Positions 63,329-64,000 of a DNA stretch of 64,000 nucleotides are shown piece by piece. Origin of the DNA: Azolla caroliniana (taxonomy: Eukaryota > Plantae > Polypodiophyta). The translations under genes were made by a program, and so were the position numbers. How positions within the stretch are numbered: the first letter of the stretch is position 1; each line of letters starts with the position of its first letter. Location: positions 13,454,001-13,518,000 of the forward strand of contig JBHGNT010000005.1 of NCBI GenBank assembly GCA_043228905.1, given 5' to 3'. Under the pieces are notes generated by a model. The model had not been told where the DNA came from. It searched no databases and saw only the letters and a program-made list of their open reading frames with translations.

Positions 63329-64000
63329 TTTTGAGTGGATAGGCACAACCTAATCCAGAGCGAAGAACCGGATCGGTGTCCGGAACGAAGATCCGAATCG
63401 TAGAGCTGGATTGTAACCGGTAGGCCATTGGAGGCCTACAATCCTAGCCTAGTACATAGACATATATTTAGGAGTCAATGTTAGTATTTGGGTACGAGCA
63501 TTGAAGTACTTGTCAGTACTTTTGTTAGTCCTTTTAAGGACTTGTATAAAAGTGCTCATTGAGCACATTGTATGTACAAAGTGTTCATTGTTTTTGAATT
63601 TGAGTTTACGTTTTGCACTCTTTGTCTCTCCCACGTACTGTGTATTTTCAAGCTTTCCATTAAACCTTGTCCTTGTTTTTTCCGTTGTCATCCGGCTAAG
63701 CTAGTTTGTCTACGCTTCCACACATTAGGTTTTACATGGTATCAGAGCGTGAGGGTTGAAAATCCTCAGTTGCCGACAAAAAGCACTAGATAGATGAAAA
63801 CCTAACTTCTGATAAACAACAGACAGAAAAAAGAAATGGACAGAGGAATGGCTAGCTCACTTCCAACGGAGAAGCTCGACAGAAATAACAACGCATCTTG
63901 GTCATACAAGATGCACCAGTACTTGCTCGTGCATGGATATTGGTGCTATGTTCAAGGAGTGAATGAAGTAGTGCAAGAGCCGGCACACAAGGACTTCCTA
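63329..64000 (+). mobile_element. 5' end of a copia element of family A/B (LTR to 63736, PBS, gag from 63848)
   Basis: TGGTATCAGAGC 63737-63748; MASSLPTEKLDRNNNASWSYKMHQYL. Confidence 0.9.

Overview
Land-plant nuclear DNA, most likely a fern or other non-seed vascular plant (inferred from the TE lineages, not proven). It is almost entirely nested retrotransposons and holds one clear host gene, an intronless-CDS PHT1 phosphate transporter (48791-50368, -) with a 5'UTR intron, TATA box, P1BS and W-boxes. TEs include: several tRNA-iMet-primed Ty1/copia elements; a near-intact, very young chromodomain Ty3/gypsy element (6362-12162, Tcn1/Tf1-like) with two decayed copies and a divergent LTR; Tat-like gypsy fragments with a second (archaeal-type) RNase H; a non-autonomous tRNA-Trp-primed LTR element with a 4-bp TSD; a 788-bp fold-back element; and three same-orientation L1-type LINEs. 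The most notable signals: (1) the chromovirus has no tRNA PBS, and its PBS is complementary to a 12-mer 33 nt after the LTR TATA box, i.e. Tf1-type self-priming, with the same geometry in four LTR types; (2) the same LTRs carry a tRNA-like A/B-box module and a long heat-shock-element array; (3) gag-pol is joined by a -1 frameshift slippery site plus pseudoknot; (4) two LINEs sit head-to-tail in (GA)n microsatellites, suggesting microsatellite-targeted insertion.
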